Shown here: in pieces, positions 18,111-28,170 of the stretch
Numbering within the stretch: the stretch's first letter is position 1
How the letters are laid out: the number at the start of each line of letters is the position of its first letter
Origin: Minisyncoccota bacterium
GTDB lineage: Bacteria; Patescibacteriota; Minisyncoccia; Phycocordibacterales; JABMNX01
DNA length: 64,000 nt
Direction: 5' to 3'
Assembly (NCBI GenBank): GCA_026195275.1
Contig: JAPHQU010000001.1
Location: 77,712 to 141,711 of the forward strand
Translations under genes and position numbers: made by a program
The notes under the pieces: generated by a model
What the model was told of the DNA's origin: nothing
Database searches by the model: none
Seen by the model: the letters and a program-made list of their open reading frames with translations, nothing else

Positions 18111-19382
18111 ATACTCGCGCATAGAGATCTGCGCATCAACCTTCTTCACTAGATCAATCACCACTGATACTGCAATAAGAAGCGCGGTACCACCGATTGC
18201 GAGCGCAGTGATGCCGGTGATTGCTTGCATACCAAGTGGTAATACCGCAATACCGCCAAGGAAGAGGGCCCCAACGAGTGTGAGGCGAGTGAGGATCTTC
18301 GCGAGATACTCCGAGGTCATGCGACCCGGACGGACACCAGGAATGAATGCGCCGCTCTTCTGGAGATTCTTTGAAGTCTGATCCGGATCAAAGGTAACTG
18401 CGGTGTAAAAGTAAGTAAAGAGAAACACAAGAAGGAAGTAGATACCTGCGTAGATTGCCTGATTTGAGAGGCCATTCACAATCGCGGCTGAAACAGGACT
18501 CACATACGCGATACCAAGATTTGAGAGAAAACTGAAAACCATCTGCGGGAAGAGCAGAAACGAAAGTGCGAAGATGATTGGGATCACACCAGCTTGATTG
18601 ACTCGGAGTGGGAGGTAAGTCGACATGCCGCCGTATACCTTCATGCCGCGCACACGACGCGCGTAGGTAATTGGGATAGGGCGCTCCGCTTCAGTAACTA
18701 CCACAACCCCCGCTGTGATAAAGATGCCCACGAGGACGAATCCGAGGTAAAGTGGCAACTGAGAGATGTCAAACGCAAAGATAAGTTGACTGACGGTTGT
18801 CGGGAGACTTGCGACGATACCCGCAAAGATAATGAGCGAGACACCGTTTCCGATACCGAACTCAGTGATAAGCTCACCGATCCACATCAGAAGGATCGAG
18901 CCAGCCGCAATGACCGCGACATTGGTGAGAGTGGTAAAGAAATCTGTGTCGGTGATGATACCTTGACGCTGAAGCAAAATATAAAAACTGAACGCTTGAA
19001 CGAGCGCAAGCGGAAGAGTGAGTAGGCGTGAATACTGCTGGAATCGCTTTCGCCCCGCTTCCCCTTCTTCTTGGTATAGCGCCTTGAGCTTCGGCGACAT
19101 GATAGTGAGGAGTTGCATGATGATCGAGGCGGTAATGTACGGACCGACACCAAGCATTACGATCGAGAGGTTTGCAAGCCCACCTCCTGAGAAGATATTG
19201 AGGAGACCAAGGAACTGGTTGTTTGTGAAGAAGTTCTGAAGCTGTACCAGGTCAATACCGGGGATAGGAATAGCGGCAAGGAGACGGAACACTACCAACG
19301 CAAACACAATGAACAGCAAACGATTACGAAGTGTGCTGTCCTTGATTACGAGAGAAAATTTACTGAAAAGTGTTCCGAACAT
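18108..19382 (-). CDS. secY: Preprotein translocase SecY
   Basis: LGVGPYITASII.QLL, GIGNG.SLIIFAGI, FIPGVRPG, GGT.LLI.V.V. Confidence 0.97.
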   Translation of the reverse strand: MFGTLFSKFSLVIKDSTLRNRLLFIVFALVVFRLLAAIPIPGIDLVQLQNFFTNNQFLGLLNIFSGGGLANLSIVMLGVGPYITASIIMQLLTIMSPKLKALYQEEGEAGRKRFQQYSRLLTLPLALVQAFSFYILLQRQGIITDTDFFTTLTNVAVIAAGSILLMWIGELITEFGIGNGVSLIIFAGIVASLPTTVSQLIFAFDISQLPLYLGFVLVGIFITAGVVVVTEAERPIPITYARRVRGMKVYGGMSTYLPLRVNQAGVIPIIFALSFLLFPQMVFSFLSNLGIAYVSPVSAAIVNGLSNQAIYAGIYFLLVFLFTYFYTAVTFDPDQTSKNLQKSGAFIPGVRPGRMTSEYLAKILTRLTLVGALFLGGIAVLPLGMQAITGITALAIGGTALLIAVSVVIDLVKKVDAQISMREY

Positions 19383-19386
19383 ATTT

Positions 19387-19836
19387 TTATGCAATCGATC
19401 CTCCCGCCTTCTCAATCGCCACCTTCGCAGCCTCGGAGAAAAGACACTTAGAAACTGATACCTTCTTGCTGATCTCACCCTTTGCGAGAATCTTTACTAC
19501 AGGGAGTCGTCCACCCGCCTGGGTAATCACACCATGTGTGTGAAGTGTCTCCGGTGTCACCTGCTCACCACTCTTATAGAGCGCGTTAATGGTGCTGAGG
19601 TTTACCGGTGTTGGTTTAACCACGCTGCTGTTGACGGTGCGCCCTCGGTTCTTGCCGTGCCCACGGAGTTTGGGGAGCTTCTTGATGATGTCGCGCATCT
19701 CTGGTCGAAGAGAGTGCCCTGCACGCGCGGTCTGTCCCTTCATACCACGCCCCGATGTTTTACCACGGAGCCCCCCACGACCGACACGCTTTTTGGTCTG
19801 TCGCTTTGTCTTTGGTTGTAGTTCGTTAAGCTGCAT
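19387..19836 (-). CDS. rplO: 50S ribosomal protein L15
   Basis: KRVGRGG.RGKTSGRG.KGQ.AR.G. Confidence 0.95.
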   Translation of the reverse strand: MQLNELQPKTKRQTKKRVGRGGLRGKTSGRGMKGQTARAGHSLRPEMRDIIKKLPKLRGHGKNRGRTVNSSVVKPTPVNLSTINALYKSGEQVTPETLHTHGVITQAGGRLPVVKILAKGEISKKVSVSKCLFSEAAKVAIEKAGGSIA

Positions 19837-19846
19837 GATGGTTGGA

Positions 19847-20404
19847 TTATGCCTGAAGATCTTGTAATGCCTTAATTGCTGCTTGAGCATTATTAAGCTT
19901 GTTCTTGCTTCGCGAGAAAATCTTCGCCGTCACATCTTTGATCCCGGCGAGTTCAAGTACAGTACGCACTGAACTTCCCGCCACCAAACCACGCCCGGGA
20001 GACGGGATGATCTGAATCTGTGATGCGCCATACTTGGCGGACACATCATGAGGGATACTCATCTCTTTGGTGGTACGCACGGTGATCATGTTTCGCTTTG
20101 CCTGGCGCGTCGCCTTCTCGATCGCAAGCGCAGTGTCACTTGCTTTTCCGACACCAACACCCACACGCCCTTTTTTGTCGCCAAGCACCATGGTAACCGA
20201 GAAGCTGAAGCGGCGACCTCCAGCAACAACACGGACTACTCGACGAATTGACACGATCTTCTGTATGAACTCGGAACGTGCGCGATCTGCTCGACGGACG
20301 ATCCTGCGCGGATTCTTCTTAAAGGTATTCTTCGCAGGATTTACATCAACGCCGGATGTCGCCTGGGTATCGTTTTTTTCTATTGTTGCGGTTTCTTTTG
20401 TCAT
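19847..20404 (-). CDS. rpsE: 30S ribosomal protein S5
   Basis: RV.RVVAGGRRFSF, GRVGVG.GK. Confidence 0.96.
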   Translation of the reverse strand: MTKETATIEKNDTQATSGVDVNPAKNTFKKNPRRIVRRADRARSEFIQKIVSIRRVVRVVAGGRRFSFSVTMVLGDKKGRVGVGVGKASDTALAIEKATRQAKRNMITVRTTKEMSIPHDVSAKYGASQIQIIPSPGRGLVAGSSVRTVLELAGIKDVTAKIFSRSKNKLNNAQAAIKALQDLQA

Positions 20405-20422
20405 ATCGATTACTACTCTCTA

Positions 20423-20767
20423 TTAAAACTCAAGACCTCCGGCACGGGCACTATCCGCAAACGTTTTAATGCTTCCCGCATAAAGAAACCCACCGCGGTC
20501 AAATACAACGCTGGTGATACCCTTTTTCTTTGCCTCCTCTGCGACCCTCATACCTGCAGCCTCAGCGCGCTCACGAGGTGTGCCTTTGCTCCCCGCGGAA
20601 GAAACAGACACAAGCGTGTTCCCCGCGCTATCGTCAATAATCTGCGCAGTGATGCGAGTATTTGAGCGAAACACCGCAAGTCGTGGACGCGCACTGGTTC
20701 CTGACACCTTCGCACGGATGCGTGAGTGTCTGCGAGCGCGTTGTTCTTTTTTTGTTTTGCCAATCAT
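20423..20767 (-). CDS. rplR: 50S ribosomal protein L18
   Basis: [20 protein letters not shown]. Confidence 0.96.
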   Translation of the reverse strand: MIGKTKKEQRARRHSRIRAKVSGTSARPRLAVFRSNTRITAQIIDDSAGNTLVSVSSAGSKGTPRERAEAAGMRVAEEAKKKGITSVVFDRGGFLYAGSIKTFADSARAGGLEF

Positions 20768-20788
20768 AGCTATCTTTTTAGATCAGGA

Positions 20789-21325
20789 TTACCCGACAGT
20801 CTTCTTACCTTGTTTTCGTCGTACGACTTCACCTTCATAGCGGATACCCTTGCCTTTGTATGGCTCCGGCTTCTTTACCGCACGGATCTCAGCTGCAAAT
20901 TTACCGACTTTCTCTTTGTCGGAACCTGAGACACTGATTGTATTCTTTTCAACCACTACGGTGAGTCCTTCAGGAACCTCAAGAATAACCGGGTGTGAGA
21001 AACCAACAATAAGCTCGAGGTTCTTGCCGGAAAGAGAGACACGATACCCGACTCCTTCAAGGATAAGTTTCTTCTCAAATGGCTGATTCACTCCGGCGAC
21101 CATGTTCTTAATATGTGATGCAAAAGTACCCCAGAGCGCAGTCGCTGCTTTTGAATCATTTACCGGTGAGACAACCACTTCACCCTCCTTAACAGCAACC
21201 GAGACCGCCTTGTGTAGAGGGCGCGAGAGCTCACCGAGTGGTCCTTTTACTGAGACGACACCATCAACAATCTTGACTTCGGTCTTCTCAGGAATGATGA
21301 CGGGCTGTTTTCCAATACGTGACAT
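20789..21325 (-). CDS. rplF: 50S ribosomal protein L6
   Basis: MSRIGK.P, PEPYKGKGIRY. Confidence 0.97.
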   Translation of the reverse strand: MSRIGKQPVIIPEKTEVKIVDGVVSVKGPLGELSRPLHKAVSVAVKEGEVVVSPVNDSKAATALWGTFASHIKNMVAGVNQPFEKKLILEGVGYRVSLSGKNLELIVGFSHPVILEVPEGLTVVVEKNTISVSGSDKEKVGKFAAEIRAVKKPEPYKGKGIRYEGEVVRRKQGKKTVG

Positions 21326-21335
21326 ATGTAAATTT

Positions 21336-21731
21336 CTACCAGATCTTAAAGAGTGCTTCTCCACCAACACGCTCTTTGCGCGCTTCTTCGTCAGTAAGCA
21401 CTCCTTTCGGGGTTGAGATGATAAGCGACCCTTTTCCGTATTTCACCGGATTAATCTCATTTGCTCCAACATACAAACGACGGCCAGGGCGTGATACGCG
21501 CTTGATGCCGTGAAGTGCGGACTTGCCGGCTTTGTCGTAACGAAGCCCAACCTCGAGCACTTTCTGTGCACTCTTACCTTTCGCTTCCACTGATGTAAGG
21601 TAGCCTTTTTGCTTGAGCACATCGGCAATCGCCTGGCGGAACTTTGAGTATGGCGCAGAGACCACATCTTTCCCAACGGCAGACGCGTTTTTAATTCGTA
21701 TGATGAAATCTCCTACTGGGTCTCCTACCAT
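21336..21731 (-). CDS. rpsH: 30S ribosomal protein S8
   Basis: [24 protein letters not shown]. Confidence 0.96.
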   Translation of the reverse strand: MVGDPVGDFIIRIKNASAVGKDVVSAPYSKFRQAIADVLKQKGYLTSVEAKGKSAQKVLEVGLRYDKAGKSALHGIKRVSRPGRRLYVGANEINPVKYGKGSLIISTPKGVLTDEEARKERVGGEALFKIW

Positions 21732-21910
21732 GATGCTTTCTTAATACCGGGGATATTCCCTTCGTTTGCGAGTTCGCGGAAGCAAACCCGACAGAGGTCG
21801 AAGTCGCGCATGTAGCCGTGTGCGCGGCCACATCGAAAACATCGCCGTACTACGCGGGATTTGAACTTCGGTGTCTTCTCTGATCGTGCGATTACTGATT
21901 TCTTTGCCAT
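21725..21910 (-). CDS. rpsN: 30S ribosomal protein S14 (zinc type)
   Basis: RC.RCGR, CR.CFRELA..G.IPG.KKASW. Confidence 0.96.
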   Translation of the reverse strand: MAKKSVIARSEKTPKFKSRVVRRCFRCGRAHGYMRDFDLCRVCFRELANEGNIPGIKKASW

Positions 21911-21954
21911 ATTTAGATATAGTCGCAAGCGATAGCGCGCTTACTAGATCTTAC

Positions 21955-22018
21955 ACCCCGTGAAATGCATCACTTTGGTGATGCACCCGCGCCCTGCGGT
22001 GCGGGATTTCACTGGGGT
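21955..22018 (-). repeat. Three-way-junction palindromic repeat, copy 1
   Basis: ACCCCGTGAAAT..ATTTCACTGGGGT enclosing two hairpins. Confidence 0.8.
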
Positions 22019-22037
22019 TCGGTGATTCTATACTCCG

Positions 22038-22100
22038 ACCCCGATGAAATCTTCCGCCTTAGGGCGGAAGCGTGTCGCTTCGCGACACATCTCACGGGGT
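22038..22100 (+). repeat. Three-way-junction palindromic repeat, copy 2
   Basis: ACCCCGATGAAAT..ATCTCACGGGGT enclosing two hairpins. Confidence 0.8.
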
Positions 22101-22177
22101 TAGTTCAGCATTGTCGTCCCGACTGAGATGTCGCGACTCGGTGCTTCACTAAAAAAGCGTTCTGTGACGCTCGGCCT

Positions 22178-22206
22178 ATAGTATCAGGCTGACCGTCCAA
22201 AGTCAA
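22178..22206 (-). promoter_or_regulatory. Internal sigma70 promoter upstream of rpsN
   Basis: TTGACT-N17-TACTAT. Confidence 0.65.
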
Positions 22207-22215
22207 TTCTACCCT

Positions 22216-22758
22216 TTAACTCTCCTCTTTTTGAAGTGGGAAGCCGAGATTCTCAAGGAGTGCCGCTGCTTCTTCCTTCGTGCGGGCGGTGGTGGTGATC
22301 GTCACCGCGAACCCAAAGACATCGCGAAGCTCCTCGTCCGGTGTCTCGGGGAAGATTGTGTGCTCCTTGATGCCGATGGTGATGTTGCCCATCTCATCGA
22401 GCGCTGAGCGTTTGATGCCACGGAAGTCGCGGGTGCGCGGAAGCGCGATGTGAATAAGCTTATCCAGAAAATCGTTCATGCGCGCACCACGGAGTGTTAC
22501 CTGGTATCCGACAATGTCTCCCTCGCGAAGTTTGAAGGTTGCGATAGATTTCTTCGCCGGTCGCGCTGAAGGCTTCTGTCCTGTGATCTTCATGAGACGA
22601 TCTTGGATCACCTGGACCTTATTCTTATCTTTGAGTGACCCGGTACCAACTGAGACGACCACTTTCTGAATACGCGGCGATTGGAACACGTTTGTATATC
22701 CAAAACGCTCCTTGATTTCTGAAAAGATGTTCTTTTGTCTTTCTTTTGTTACTGACAT
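22216..22758 (-). CDS. rplE: 50S ribosomal protein L5
   Basis: ITGQKP, FKLREG, LPR.RDFRG. Confidence 0.97.
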   Translation of the reverse strand: MSVTKERQKNIFSEIKERFGYTNVFQSPRIQKVVVSVGTGSLKDKNKVQVIQDRLMKITGQKPSARPAKKSIATFKLREGDIVGYQVTLRGARMNDFLDKLIHIALPRTRDFRGIKRSALDEMGNITIGIKEHTIFPETPDEELRDVFGFAVTITTTARTKEEAAALLENLGFPLQKEES

Positions 22759-22763
22759 ACTAT

Positions 22764-23072
22764 TTATTCAAGTGTGGTATTACTCTTTTTCGCGACACGC
22801 GTATACTTGCCGTCTACTTTTTTGATTCCGATACGGGTTGGTGTTCCACTTTTCGGGTCAAGCACCATAACATTCGATACATGGACCGGGAGCGTCTTGT
22901 CGATGATTTGTCCTTGCTGGCGCTGCGCCGTTGGACGCTGGTGACGCTTTTTCACGTTTACCCCCTCAACGACCACTTTGTCCTCTCGTGGGAGCGCACG
23001 AAGCACCTTACCGGTCTTTCCCCGGTCCTTTCCTGCGATTACTTGTACTTTGTCTCCTTTCTTTATCTTCAT
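22764..23072 (-). CDS. rplX: 50S ribosomal protein L24
   Basis: IKKGD.V.VIAGKDRGK.G, VHVSNV. Confidence 0.96.
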   Translation of the reverse strand: MKIKKGDKVQVIAGKDRGKTGKVLRALPREDKVVVEGVNVKKRHQRPTAQRQQGQIIDKTLPVHVSNVMVLDPKSGTPTRIGIKKVDGKYTRVAKKSNTTLE

Positions 23073-23082
23073 ATTGATTTCA

Positions 23083-23454
23083 CTAAACAATTTCTGGTGC
23101 GAGCGAGACGATCTTCTGGTATCCAGCCTCGCTAATCTCTCGTGGGATCGGACCGAAGATACGTCCTGCTTTTGGTTCTTTCTTCTCCTTCTCTACAATA
23201 ACCACCGCGTTCTCGTCGAACCGGATGTACGAACCGTCTTTGCGTCGAAATGGCTGTTTCTGGCGGACCACAATACCACGCACAACGTCTTTCTTCTTCA
23301 CTTGCTTGCGCGGCTCAGCACTCTTTACTGAGAGTACCACAAGGTCACCAATGCGCGCATAGCGTCGCTTCGATCCGCCAAGCACCTTGAATACCACGCC
23401 TATTTTTGCGCCCGAGTTGTCAGTTATCTTTACTTTTGTTTGCGGTTGAATCAT
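23083..23454 (-). CDS. rplN: 50S ribosomal protein L14
   Basis: DNSGAK, IRFDENA.V, RIFGP, SLAPE. Confidence 0.97.
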   Translation of the reverse strand: MIQPQTKVKITDNSGAKIGVVFKVLGGSKRRYARIGDLVVLSVKSAEPRKQVKKKDVVRGIVVRQKQPFRRKDGSYIRFDENAVVIVEKEKKEPKAGRIFGPIPREISEAGYQKIVSLAPEIV

Positions 23455-23477
23455 GGATTTAAAATTAAGAAGAAAGA

Positions 23478-23762
23478 TTATGAATCAGACTTAGTCTCGC
23501 CATTAAGGACGACAAATGACTTATTCTTTGAATACGGGCGTGTCTCTTGTATGGAAACTCTCTCACCGATCTGCTTTGTGTTGCCTGTATCGTGCGCCAT
23601 GTACTTCTTTGATCGCTTGATAAACTTCTTATACTTCGGATGTTTGGTGTAACGCGACACCTGAACCACCACCGTATCTTTCATTTTGTTGGACACGACC
23701 ACACCACTGAAAACTCTCTTTTCGGTTGTCTTCTCGGTCTGATTTGTTTGTTTCGATTCCAT
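23478..23762 (-). CDS. rpsQ: 30S ribosomal protein S17
   Basis: GVVVS.KM..TVVV, HPKY.K, ETRP.SK.K. Confidence 0.96.
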   Translation of the reverse strand: MESKQTNQTEKTTEKRVFSGVVVSNKMKDTVVVQVSRYTKHPKYKKFIKRSKKYMAHDTGNTKQIGERVSIQETRPYSKNKSFVVLNGETKSDS

Positions 23763-23779
23763 GATGATATCGTGTTTAT

Positions 23780-23959
23780 TTACCCTCGGCTCTTAAGCTC
23801 GGTAAGGATGCGTGCGACCTCTTTGCGGGTGTTTCGTCCCTCTTTGACGTTACGTGTCTTGCTTCCTGAGATACCAAAACGAAAGGCGCGCAAAGATTCA
23901 CGCTTCTCGTTAAGCGTCTTTATCAAGTCCTTGTCTGTTTTTTTCTTAATCTCCGTCAT
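23780..23959 (-). CDS. rpmC: 50S ribosomal protein L29
   Basis: RK.VARILT motif, position between rplP and rpsQ. Confidence 0.9.
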   Translation of the reverse strand: MTEIKKKTDKDLIKTLNEKRESLRAFRFGISGSKTRNVKEGRNTRKEVARILTELKSRG

Positions 23960-23963
23960 ATTA

Positions 23964-24386
23964 TTATCCTTCTCGAGTTGCCACCTTGCTCTTAAGCGGG
24001 AGCTTTGCGCCAGCCTTGCGGAGCGCTTCACGAGCGACAACATCGCTTACTCCGTCAATCTCGAAGACAATACGCCCCGGACGGACTTCAGCAACATATC
24101 CTTGCGGATCTCCTTTACCTTTACCCATACCCACTTCGGCAGCTTTTCGTGTAAACGGTCGATCAGGGAAGATGCGGATCCATGTCTTGCCAGTCTTGCC
24201 GAGTGAACGGCTAATCACGCGACGCGCTGCCTCAATCTGATTTGAAGTCACTCGCGCGCCAGTGGTTGCCTTAAGCCCGTGTGAGCCAAAAGAGACTCTT
24301 GTTCCGCGTGCTGCCGCGTGCACCTTATCTTTGTTGGTGCGTCCGGTCTGCCACTTTCTGAATTTTACTTTCTTCGGAAATAGCAT
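23964..24386 (-). CDS. rplP: 50S ribosomal protein L16
   Basis: QIEAAR, WIRIFPD, MGKGKG. Confidence 0.97.
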   Translation of the reverse strand: MLFPKKVKFRKWQTGRTNKDKVHAAARGTRVSFGSHGLKATTGARVTSNQIEAARRVISRSLGKTGKTWIRIFPDRPFTRKAAEVGMGKGKGDPQGYVAEVRPGRIVFEIDGVSDVVAREALRKAGAKLPLKSKVATREG

Positions 24387-24392
24387 ACGTGT

Positions 24393-25058
24393 TTACTTAT
24401 CATTCTCAAACACCTCACCACGGTAGATCCACACTTTGATGCCGATAACCCCATACGGAAGATACGCCTTTTCGCGCGCAAAATCAATATCCGCACGAAA
24501 TGTCTGAAGTGGCACACGTCCTTTTTTCACCTCCTCGCGGCGCGACATCTCTGCACCACCAAGGCGTCCTGATACCGCGATGCGCACCCCTTTAACGTCA
24601 CGGTTTGCCATGACCTTCTCTGCGGTCTGCTTAAGGACGCGACGAAACGGCATGCGCTTCTCAAGACCTTCCGCAATCATCTGCGAAACGATTGCCGCAT
24701 CGGACTCAGGTGTGCGAACCTCTTCAATACTAAGGTTGATCTCAGGAAGTTCCTCGACACCGGTCTTTCGTACCACTTTCTCGATCTCGCTTTTAATCTT
24801 GGTGCTGCCTTCACCACTGCGACCAATAACAATACCTGGGCGAGAGGTCTTGATGATGACCTTAAGCACATTCTGATTGCGCTCAATCTCAACACCGCTT
24901 ACATACATGCCGCGAAGTCGCTTTATCAAAAAGTCGCGGATGGTGGTATCGATCTTAACACCCTCACGGTATGCACGCGGGTTTGTTGAGAACCATCGTG
25001 ATTTCCAATCACGAAGGATGCCGAGGCGGTGTGCGTATGGATGTACAGTGTGTGTCAT
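24393..25058 (-). CDS. rpsC: 30S ribosomal protein S3
   Basis: RPGIVIGR.G, SGRLGGAE, PLQT.RADID. Confidence 0.97.
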   Translation of the reverse strand: MTHTVHPYAHRLGILRDWKSRWFSTNPRAYREGVKIDTTIRDFLIKRLRGMYVSGVEIERNQNVLKVIIKTSRPGIVIGRSGEGSTKIKSEIEKVVRKTGVEELPEINLSIEEVRTPESDAAIVSQMIAEGLEKRMPFRRVLKQTAEKVMANRDVKGVRIAVSGRLGGAEMSRREEVKKGRVPLQTFRADIDFAREKAYLPYGVIGIKVWIYRGEVFENDK

Positions 25059-25059
25059 G

Positions 25060-25389
25060 TTATTTTTCTACTTTTCCTAGTGCCACGTGGATGTGACTTG
25101 AACGTTTTTTGATTGGCGCTGCGCGACCACGTGCACGCGCTCGGAAACGAACAAATGAGAGCCCTTCGTCAACTTTGATCTCAGACACCTTGAGCTCTTC
25201 GCGTTTTACACCTTGTTGTTCAGCGTTTGAGACAGCTGACTCGATCAATTTTTTCATCGGAAGTGCCGACTTTTTTTCAAGGAATGAAAGTGCCGTAAGT
25301 GCGCGCAGAACACTCTTTCCACGAACAAGATCAGCAACGAGGCGAACCTTGCGTGGTGACTGTCGGTAATTCTTTAAAAACGCTTTCAT
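25060..25389 (-). CDS. rplV: 50S ribosomal protein L22
   Basis: RQSPRKVRLVADL.RG, RARGRA..I.KRSSHI. Confidence 0.96.
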   Translation of the reverse strand: MKAFLKNYRQSPRKVRLVADLVRGKSVLRALTALSFLEKKSALPMKKLIESAVSNAEQQGVKREELKVSEIKVDEGLSFVRFRARARGRAAPIKKRSSHIHVALGKVEK

Positions 25390-25402
25390 GATTGAATAAA
25401 TA

Positions 25403-25735
25403 CTACTTATCAGATGCCTTTGCTGCCTTTGCTGCTGCGATTTCGGCATCCTTCTTCTTCTGTTCAAGCTCCTTCTGCATCTTACCGCCATGTCGGTGGA
25501 ACTTCTTGGTTGGTGAAAACTCACCAAGTCGGTGACCAACCATCTCATCAGTTACAAATACTTCAACATGATCACGACCATTGTGGACTCCAAAAGTGAA
25601 GCCGACCATCTCGGGAGAAATCTGGCTACGGCGCGCCCACGTCTTAATAATCCCCGCTTCTGCCGGTTTCTTACCCTCGATCTTTCGCATAAGTCGAGGC
25701 TCGACGTATGGTCCTTTCTTAATGGATCGTGCCAT
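25403..25735 (-). CDS. rpsS: 30S ribosomal protein S19 (C-terminal extension)
   Basis: RS.KKGPY, VHNG, MVGH.LGEF.PT. Confidence 0.97.
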   Translation of the reverse strand: MARSIKKGPYVEPRLMRKIEGKKPAEAGIIKTWARRSQISPEMVGFTFGVHNGRDHVEVFVTDEMVGHRLGEFSPTKKFHRHGGKMQKELEQKKKDAEIAAAKAAKASDK

Positions 25736-25782
25736 AAAATATGTAAAGCCAAAATAATAAGCCCTCTTCGAGCTTGCAGGGT

Positions 25783-25811
25783 ATAGTAGCCGAAATAGGT
25801 TCTAATGTCAA
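25783..25811 (-). promoter_or_regulatory. Internal sigma70 promoter upstream of rpsS
   Basis: TTGACA-N17-TACTAT. Confidence 0.7.
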
Positions 25812-25849
25812 ATTTAAAGGACGGCGCTCTCTTATCTGTAACGCCGCCC

Positions 25850-26110
25850 TTATTTTGTGTACACATAGGTACGTGGCCCATCCTCAAACCTCACTGGAAT
25901 CCAACCATTTTCACCCGATATTTGGAGGGTTCGGAGCCGCCGCACCCCTTTTGTTACACATACATCCACTCTGACCTTGTTCCCCTCGGGGTATTCCCGG
26001 ACACTGTGGAAGACGACTCGCTGAGATATAAAACTCTCAACAGGATGAATTTCATGATCAAAACCACCCCCCTGACACGAAAAGGATTCAGTTATATTGC
26101 CGATCCACAT
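25850..26110 (-). CDS. Hypothetical protein inserted between rplB and rpsS
   Basis: 86 aa, AAGGTG upstream, hairpins on both sides. Confidence 0.5.
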   Translation of the reverse strand: MWIGNITESFSCQGGGFDHEIHPVESFISQRVVFHSVREYPEGNKVRVDVCVTKGVRRLRTLQISGENGWIPVRFEDGPRTYVYTK

Positions 26111-26209
26111 AATCGCCACCTTCTTGTATAGTGATTATCTGATTTAACAAAAGCACGAATTAACAAGAAAATCAAAACACCCCGCTCGTGGGAGTGGGGT
26201 GTTTCTGTT

Positions 26210-27049
26210 CTATCGCTTTTTGCCAACTTTTCTCCGGCGAACGATGAGTGTGTTTGAATATTTCTTTGGCGTGCGAGTCTTCTGACCTTTTCCGGTCGGC
26301 TTGCCCCACTTGCTCACTGCGCGACGACGGCCGCGTCCTGCCTTTCCTTCACCACCACCATGTGGGTGATCAACTGGGTTCATTGCTGAACCACGGACCG
26401 TTGGGCGCTTACCGAGCCAGCGGTTTCGTCCCGCTTTTCCGATATTGGTGAGTTTGTGTTCCTCGTTTGAGACTTCTCCAATCGATGCCCATGCCTCGGC
26501 CGACACTTTGCGCACCTCACTTGACGGCATCTTAAGGAGCGTATAGCCCGCGTCAAGTCCAATGACCTCCGCGTAGTTTCCTGCTGAGCGGGCGAGTTTT
26601 GCACCCCCTTCAGGTTTTATCTCTATATTGTATACAAAGGTACCAACCGGGATATGCTTCATACGCATACGGTTGCCCGGCTTAATTGGCGCTCGATCAG
26701 CGATTGTGATCGTGTCCCCTACCTCAATGGACTGTGGCAATAGGACATAACGCCGCTCGCCGTCTGCAAAGAGAATGATCCCGATGAAGCCTGAACGATT
26801 TGGGTCGTACTCAATCGTCTCAACGCGCGCCGGGATGTTGCGTTTATTGTAGAGAAAATCAACATCACGAAAACGCCGCTTATGACCGCCACCTTTGTGT
26901 CGGGTTGTGATTCGTCCTGCACTGTTGCGACCAACTGAGCGCTTGCCGCCTTTTGTGAGTTTCTTGAGTGGCTTTGATCGAGTGAGTTTCTTGAGACTCA
27001 CCTGTGTCATGCCGCGCCGTCCTGGTGTTATTGGTTTAAATGATTTCAT
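26210..27049 (-). CDS. rplB: 50S ribosomal protein L2
   Basis: EYDPNRS, RG.AMNPVDHPHGGGEG. Confidence 0.98.
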   Translation of the reverse strand: MKSFKPITPGRRGMTQVSLKKLTRSKPLKKLTKGGKRSVGRNSAGRITTRHKGGGHKRRFRDVDFLYNKRNIPARVETIEYDPNRSGFIGIILFADGERRYVLLPQSIEVGDTITIADRAPIKPGNRMRMKHIPVGTFVYNIEIKPEGGAKLARSAGNYAEVIGLDAGYTLLKMPSSEVRKVSAEAWASIGEVSNEEHKLTNIGKAGRNRWLGKRPTVRGSAMNPVDHPHGGGEGKAGRGRRRAVSKWGKPTGKGQKTRTPKKYSNTLIVRRRKVGKKR

Positions 27050-27055
27050 ATTGGT

Positions 27056-27466
27056 TTATGCGATACTGATCGTGTCACCTTTCTTAAGGTAGACGTACGC
27101 TTTCTTCCCTCCGGATTTTGTTCCAAAGAGATTGCGAGATCCACGCACACGCACGCGCTTTGACGGAACTCTCGTGATGTTGATCTTCCGTGGCGTCACC
27201 TTGTAGAGTGTTTGAATCGCCTCAATAATGTCGTGCTTGGTCGCACGAGGGGAGACATCGAAAACATATACTCCTTCCTCGGCATTGAGCGTAGCTTTTT
27301 CGGTGATTCGCGGACGAGTAAGTATCGATGCGGTGTCTCGTGTGATAACTGGCGTAGCCTTGGTGTCGACCTTCTTTTCCGCTTTCGGCGTTTTCTTCTC
27401 TACTGCCGGAGCTACCGCTTCTGCCGCGTTCTCCTCACCGTCTTTTTTTATTCGAAATAATGCCAT
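27056..27466 (-). CDS. rplW: 50S ribosomal protein L23 with N-terminal extension
   Basis: P.ITEKA, YVF.V...ATK..I, KKAYV.L. Confidence 0.93.
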   Translation of the reverse strand: MALFRIKKDGEENAAEAVAPAVEKKTPKAEKKVDTKATPVITRDTASILTRPRITEKATLNAEEGVYVFDVSPRATKHDIIEAIQTLYKVTPRKINITRVPSKRVRVRGSRNLFGTKSGGKKAYVYLKKGDTISIA

Positions 27467-27467
27467 A

Positions 27468-28160
27468 TTACTCGTTTACTATCACTTCTTCTTTGCGTGT
27501 CGCTCCCTTGCTCTCAAGGAATGAAAGTGCCTCAGATGGATTCGCGAAGATGACATACTTGGTTGCCAACACGTCACGCGCATTAAGATTGCGTACCTCG
27601 CCAACCTCCATGTTGCCGAAGTTATTAAAACTCCTCTCAACCACAGGGTCCTTATCAGCGGTCACCACAAGAGCACTATTGCGCTTCTTTGAGGTGAGCG
27701 TATCAAATCCTGCAACCTGTGACAATGCACCAAGTGTTTTCTTTGCCTCAGCGGTCTTTGGCGCATCAAACGCAAATGAATCAACAAAGAGAAGCTCCCC
27801 ATCACGAAGTTTCTGTGAAAGCGCAGTATAGAGCGCCTTGGTGCGCATTTTCTTATTTATCTTCTTTGAGTAGTCCTTGTCGTTTCGCGGACCAAAAGTA
27901 ACACCGCCACCGCGCCAGAGTGGTGAACGGCTTGAGCCGTGACGCGCGCGACCGGTGCCCTTCTGGCGCCATGGCTTTTTACCGCCACCGCGCACTTCGC
28001 CGCGATCTTTCGTGTGAGCTACGGGCGTGCGTGCGTTTGCCTCGATCGCAACAACGACCTGATGCACGAGATCAGCATTCCACGGAAGTCCAAAGACCTG
28101 CTCGGGGAGCGAGATGGTGCGAACCTCTTTTCCTTCTTGGTTGTATACTTTTGCGTCCAT
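27468..28160 (-). CDS. rplD: 50S ribosomal protein L4
   Basis: KPWRQKGTGRARHGS.RSP.WRGGG. Confidence 0.97.
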   Translation of the reverse strand: MDAKVYNQEGKEVRTISLPEQVFGLPWNADLVHQVVVAIEANARTPVAHTKDRGEVRGGGKKPWRQKGTGRARHGSSRSPLWRGGGVTFGPRNDKDYSKKINKKMRTKALYTALSQKLRDGELLFVDSFAFDAPKTAEAKKTLGALSQVAGFDTLTSKKRNSALVVTADKDPVVERSFNNFGNMEVGEVRNLNARDVLATKYVIFANPSEALSFLESKGATRKEEVIVNE

Positions 28161-28170
28161 ACTATAAAAA

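Noticed and set aside
25805-26131. 108-aa plus-strand ORF
   Set aside because: Competes with the minus-strand ORF, which has the SD and terminator; neither is certain.
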